Below are positions 58,778-64,000 of a stretch of DNA of 64,000 nucleotides, one piece after another. A model generated the notes under the pieces. It worked only from the letters and a program-made list of their open reading frames with translations. It did no database searches and had not been told where the DNA came from. Source of the DNA: Marsupella aquatica (lineage: Eukaryota > Plantae > Marchantiophyta); NCBI GenBank assembly GCA_973895155.1, contig OZ316899.1, forward strand, positions 2,935,455-2,999,454. The letters run 5' to 3'. Position 1 is the stretch's first letter; each line of letters opens with the position of its first letter. The translations under genes were made by a program, and so were the position numbers.

Positions 58778-60229
58778 TGTGACGCCGTCGGTACGGCGGG
58801 TAATGAGTGATTCGGCCTAACAACGCTTAGCACGCGCGTTAGGGGTATCTTAGGCCATAATTATTAGCATAACGACAGTATTTAGGTAGTCATTATGAGT
58901 AGGAAATCATTAGTCAATAAGGGGCGTTTGTGTTTGGCCCGGCGGCAGGTTGCCATTCGCATTCCTGGGTTGCGAGCGTGTAATGGGCCCCTTCCTCGGG
59001 TCCGTATAACAAACTCAGGGAGGCAGCCACTAACACACGCTGACCCGGACTGGCAGATTGTCTTGTACACTGCAAGCATGAAAGGCTCAGCCTATAAGCG
59101 ACGAGGAGGCATTGGACGACCAACGAGCTCTTAGGGGTATAAAACGGGGACCGATCCTTGGCAGGCCACCAGTTCTTTAGTTCACGCGCCAGCTTTGACC
59201 CTAGTTCTCTCACTCAGCCTCAGTCGCCGTCTATCTCCTCTTAATGTCGCACACAATCCTGTCCAGTTCGGTCATACGATTTTGGACGCAGTTTCTGTCT
59301 ATCGGAGGGCACTTGGCCGACTCATTAAAACACGCCAACCCGCGATGATACAAATTGAACGCAAATACGAGAGAGCTGACCATGCATCGCATGGGGGACA
59401 AGTGCCGGCCAGAAGATAGCGGCGCTGACACATTAGCCAGCCTATGTAGAATAGGTTAGACTAATAGGACAAGTAAGCACCAACTTAGTAGGGATATAAG
59501 TTAGCATAGATTCGGGCACGAGGCCAGGCCGGTCCTCAGCCCTTAGTATTTAGCGGCCCCCCTAGTAGAGGTTAGGGAGGGGGATTTTAGACTCAGAAGT
59601 TGGCCATTCGCAGTACGCACGGGGAGTCCCAAACTTGGTGAAGTACCGGAGTACCAAGGGGAGGGTATACGACTAAGCTCGCTGGGCGAGTGCGGAGCCG
59701 GGCTCCGTTGTAGTGTATACTCCTTGGCCTTGGGCCCGATCATTCACGAGGTGTCGGGTCAACCAAATTGTAAAGTGTATGATCATAAATGAATGAAATC
59801 CTTTCTCCTTAATTCCTTTGTGTAAATTGAGATTTCTGTTATGTATGTATGCATGTATGAGTCTCGTGTGCAAGTATCAATGTCGGGCCGAACATGTTAT
59901 GCCAACCGTGCACGGGATGCAGGATACGGGTACGGGGTTGCGAGCCCGGGTTGAGCTCTTGTACTAATGGATCCGGATCGAAGGCGGTAACACGAAGGCT
60001 TAGAAGTCCGTGAGCCGTGGTCGACCCCGTGTCAACTAAGGTACGTTTCGGCGGCGGAACACAAACTATACCTAGGAGGTGTCTGTACATAATAGTAAGC
60101 GCACTTAACGCTAGTTTACGTGAATTAGGAGCATTCCGTGCGTCCCTCCCTGGCCAAACCCTCATATTCACAAAGGATATGCCTGTCTAAGCCAAAGCCT
60201 GGGTTAAGGCCTAGGCTGACGACATGACA
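58778..60229 (+). repeat. Deleted/chimeric family A LTR (A2 3' LTR start fused to the end of a more diverged LTR)
   Basis: 58778-~59376 resembles the A2 5' LTR start. Most of the ORF is then skipped, and 59.4-60.2 kb is visibly more diverged from 19.1-19.98 kb. Ends GACATGACA. Confidence 0.8.
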
Positions 60230-62478
60230 CTTCCATGCCGCGAAGCCGAGTGATCACTTCCTCCTTCTTCAATTGCTCCAATGTCATTGCCTCCTCTAGT
60301 CTCGTCTGATCAGCCACTTCTTTTCTAAGAAATGGCCCGGATTCCAACTCGTTGCCGAAGATTTCTAAAGCTAAGAGTCCACACATGTCTCCATGATACT
60401 CCTTAGCCCAATTTCTTGCGTAGTTTGACCTCCCAGGTGATACTGGCATCTGCCATCAAGGTCGTCTCACCCAAGCCTCCTCCCTAAGCTGATCAAAGTC
60501 AGTGAGAGGTTCGGCCTGCTTCTCACTAAGCCATCTTATTTCTTCTGGCCACTCTCGTCCTGGTAGCTGGCATTCATGTTCTGCATTCCGGGCCCCCCAC
60601 TCCTTAATCCTCTCTTGTAGCCCGGCTTCAGCTTCCTTCATCTTGTCAAATTCTAATGGCGCTACATCTGGCGGAGGAGATTTTGGTGTTTTCTGGTCCT
60701 CCGGCCTGCCATAGAAGACTGCGGGAAGTCTTCTACAAAACCTTCCCAGCGTTCTAGATCCTGGCACCGCCCTCTCCCCCGTGATCGAAATAATCATCGT
60801 CGTAGTCATCCACATTAACCTGACTACCCAGCATGTCGGTCTCCTCTCCAAAGCCCCCAATCTCTTCCTCCAAATATTGTTGGGCTGCTACTGGTTGATT
60901 TTCCTCCACGAGTCCCTCCACTTGGGCTCTATTAGAAGCTCTAAATACCAGCCTCTCTTGGCTTTGGCTTACCTCCTCATCTGTCTCCGAATCCATTTGC
61001 TCGTCATATTTCTTTCTCTCTTCGGCAGTCATCTTCCTCTCGATCAATTGGATGCCTGCATATGGATTATTACAAGTAGGCCGGCGCAATGGATTTCTCA
61101 CCACATCATATGTTACTACCTCTGGCTCCTTGATAGGGGAATGCTCCCGTTCTTGTGTTGCCTATGTTGCCAACCTCTTCCCGTGGCGTCATTTGCTTAG
61201 AGGCTCCTCGTCCTCCTCCGCCTCCTCAAGTGGTGTAGTGATCGGCATCCGCTCTTGTATAGGCAACACCGGTGCAAAAGACTGGCTTCTTGCATATCGG
61301 CAAAGTAATTGCAGATGGTACCCTAGTCTGGATACCGCTCCTTCCCCAATGCTCTGCTTCTCTTCATTTAATGCCTTCTTCAACTGCATTAAGAGATAGC
61401 CGTTGTAGTCTCGGCTTGAATCAATATTCTCCACCAAAAATACCTGGGCTTTGCCGATTTCTGCTCTCAGCAAGGTACAATGCAACATGAGTCTCAGGAA
61501 ATCAATCAGCTGCCCTATATGCGGGTTGGTACATTGATTCCTAAAAAACCCATTCTTAGTGGAAGGCCCTGGAAATGACCTGAACTGGTCATCCGACAAT
61601 GTCTTCCTCTGCTCCATCTTAGTCTTCCTTCCTGTTGGTAAAGTAAAGACAGCTTTGATAAGCACAGGTGTTAGTTTGAACACCTTTCCATACAGCAGCG
61701 TCGTGTTGGAAGAAGCCTCCCAGCATCCTATGAAGTCCAACAGATCCTCATCCGGTATGTCTACCATCCTCCAAGACAACCTGACAAAGCCCTCCAACCC
61801 AGTGTCATTCATATATCCTGCGTATTTATTATCCTGAATGGCACTGAAGACCTCATCCTCATCTCTTGCGAACTGTAATTGTAAATCGGCAGGTAACCTG
61901 TCCGCCCACCCTGTCATGGATTTATCATCTACAGCCCGATCTCTAACTGGCCCGGCTTCCGTCTTGATTGGTCTCTCTGACCTAGTTTGCTTTGCTGGAG
62001 TTGCAGATGCCGAACTTCCCTTGCGCTTCATCTCTTCAATACCTGAATACTCCCCAAGAATAGCTTCCTTAGTCCACTTCGCAGTGTGACCCTTCAATTC
62101 TGAAAGTGGTTGCCCTGCGTTCTTGATTGCCTCCCTAATCCCCACGACCTTATTCTCCTGAATTAGCAATTTGTCAAGCTCCACACTGGTGGGTGTCCAC
62201 GAGAACTTTTCCAACACCTCCTCCATATCTACAAATGCCGTTTTGTGAATTCCCCACAATCACTCCGCTCGTTCTCTAGCTACGCGCTCCGGCTCAACGT
62301 CTTCATACGTAGGTATCAGCTGCCTTGCTTCTTCAAGCAAACAGCCCCAAAACTTCCCTGCCTGATTCACCGTGTTCATTCCACCGAATGCCAAGAACTT
62401 GTGCAATCTCCCAATCCACCACATGCACTCAACTGACAGTCGCTCCTCAATGTCGAGACCGTGTACACGAGGATGCAA
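60230..62478 (-). pseudogene. Family B-like accessory protein, diverged copy B2
   Basis: ORFs 62260-62478 (VNQAGKFWGCLL), 61189-62259 (GLEGFVRLSW...LYGKVFKLTP...KNGFFRNQC), 60754-61104, 60456-60860 and 60204-60449 are collinear with B1. Confidence 0.8.
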
Positions 62479-62558
62479 AATGGCAGAGTATTGGTCTCCT
62501 CACTCTGAAGCCGCCACTTAGTGGTCTTTGTGATCAAGCATGGATTAGGTCATAACTC

Positions 62559-64000
62559 TGTGATGCCTAGCCAGGAACCATTAGGCCAGTTTAAATAGTA
62601 AAATCATGAGTGTACCCTAGGAAACACCTTAGTATAGTAACAAAAATAGGGAAATATAAACAATTAAGGGTGACTATGGAACCCAAGCCAAGGCCAAAAG
62701 TAAGGACGCCGAGGGAGGGAACACGATTAGGGTTAGGGTGCGCTAAGTACCGGCGGCTATGGGTAACCAACGGGAAGGAAGACCAGCCAAGGGGGGGGGG
62801 GGTAAGGACCGAGCGCAAGGAATGGCGGCTCATTTGCAAACACAAGCCAAGCGGACGACTACGGGAGGCCAACTACTGTCCGCTGCTCAGGCAAGCACTC
62901 GAGGTGGAAGCAGATACCGACAATCAACTCAAGAAGGGTATGAGCAACGTCAATCAAGCTGCTCATTTTTGGGGATGCCTGTTAGAACGGGCAACTGAGT
63001 ACATTGGGACCTAGGAGGACGAAGAATCAGAGAGAGCAGTTTGAGAACGGCAGGAGCTCGCTCGGCTGTGGGAGCTGCAGAAGTCTGCTTTCTCAGGAGG
63101 AGAACTCATTACGACTGAATTCTTGTGGATGCCTACTGCCGACGAACTTGACGATCTTCTGTTTTGTGAGAACAGAATAGTCGGCATCCGGGAGGCCATC
63201 AACCGCTGCAACGACATACATTGGGAGTTGAAGGGTAGCACGGAGGGGTGGACAAAGGCAACCGTGCTAGGAGAAACATCCACGGCAGCCGCTATGAAGA
63301 GGAAAGGGAACAACAACAAAGAAGCCACCCCTGCGAAAAGAACAAGGTCGGCGGCACCCAGGAAACCAATAGAGCAGGGAAGCAGGAGGCAGGCAAAAGC
63401 CAAAGAGGAGGAGGTCAACCCCGTCAATGCCGTTCCAACAAGAGATGACACCTGGAAAGGCTGGGCGGCGACCCTCCCCGAGGAGGTGCAATTACACTTT
63501 GCACGGGAGGAGGATGCATGCTTTATGGCTATGCAGACTCGAAAATACCAAGGTTTTATGGCCGGATCCGGCTTGCAAGCCTTCGTAAAGTTACCATGGC
63601 TAAAGCCGGAGGTGCCGGATTCAAACTTACTAGAATTCGTGGGATCATGGGAGCCCAAGACCAATTCCACAAGGGTGTATGGGAAGGATTTCTATCTCAC
63701 TCCCCGGGTGATTGCCGAAGTGTTTGGCTTGCCGATGGGCAATAAGACCAAAGTAGATATGAGGAAGAACTTGCCAGACAGGGAGTTCCGATCATTTCCA
63801 GGGCCATCAACAAAGAATGGCTTCTTCCGAAACACCTGCACCAACCCGCACATAGGAGAAATGATTGATTTCTTGCGGGTAACCATGCATTGTAACTTGC
63901 CGAGGGCAGAGATCGGCAAGGCACGGGTCTATCTGGTGGAGAGGCCAGACCCAAGCCGAGACTACAACGGGTACCTCCTCACCCAACTAAAGAAGATCTT
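62559..64000 (+). mobile_element. Family B copy B3, probable LTR start with accessory ORF (runs off the window)
   Basis: Starts TGTGATGCC (cf. family A TGTGACGCC), TATAAA at ~62655; from ~62943 onward it is nearly the reverse complement of ~14.96-16.02 kb. The left boundary could instead be 62529. Confidence 0.6.

Larger units (their letters stand above)
16025..60229 (+). mobile_element. Family A element copy A2 (host of the nest; carries C, A3 and the chromovirus)
   Basis: 5' LTR 16025-19978, PBS, gag interrupted by C at 20305/30108, pol interrupted by A3 at 35129/58069, PPT and 3' LTR from 58778. The right boundary is chimeric, so the outer 5-mers (TTGCT left, CTTCC right) do not match. 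Confidence 0.88.

Overview
The window is almost entirely nested Ty3/Gypsy LTR retrotransposons; I found no host gene, RNA gene or CRISPR array. The PBS types and domain families point to a green-plant (probably non-seed streptophyte) repeat cluster, but the species cannot be identified from the sequence. (1) Family A is an Athila-like non-chromovirus with ~4-kb LTRs (TGTGACG...CGTGACA) that each contain a TATA box and an ~880-codon ORF. It occurs as A1 (1610-12178, minus, deleted), A2 (16025-~60229, plus, host of the nest) and A3 (35130-58063, plus, TSD CAGTG, inserted in the integrase of A2). (2) Element C (20306-30103, plus, inserted in A2 gag) has a DNMT3-like C5 cytosine methyltransferase in frame between protease and RT and a PHD finger after integrase. 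It has no recognisable tRNA PBS (possible self-priming), its LTR segments are circularly permuted, and its 5' repeat carries a 320-bp MITE. (3) A young chromovirus with an intact ORF (47304-57118, minus, TSD GATGG) sits in the A3 3' LTR; it has non-canonical AGT...ACT ends and a 161-bp tandem array in each LTR. (4) Family B fragments (12.2-16.0 kb, 60.2-62.5 kb, 62.6-64 kb) encode diverged homologues of the family A LTR protein. (5) A decayed gag relic lies at the left edge. Boundaries were read by eye; identity estimates are approximate.
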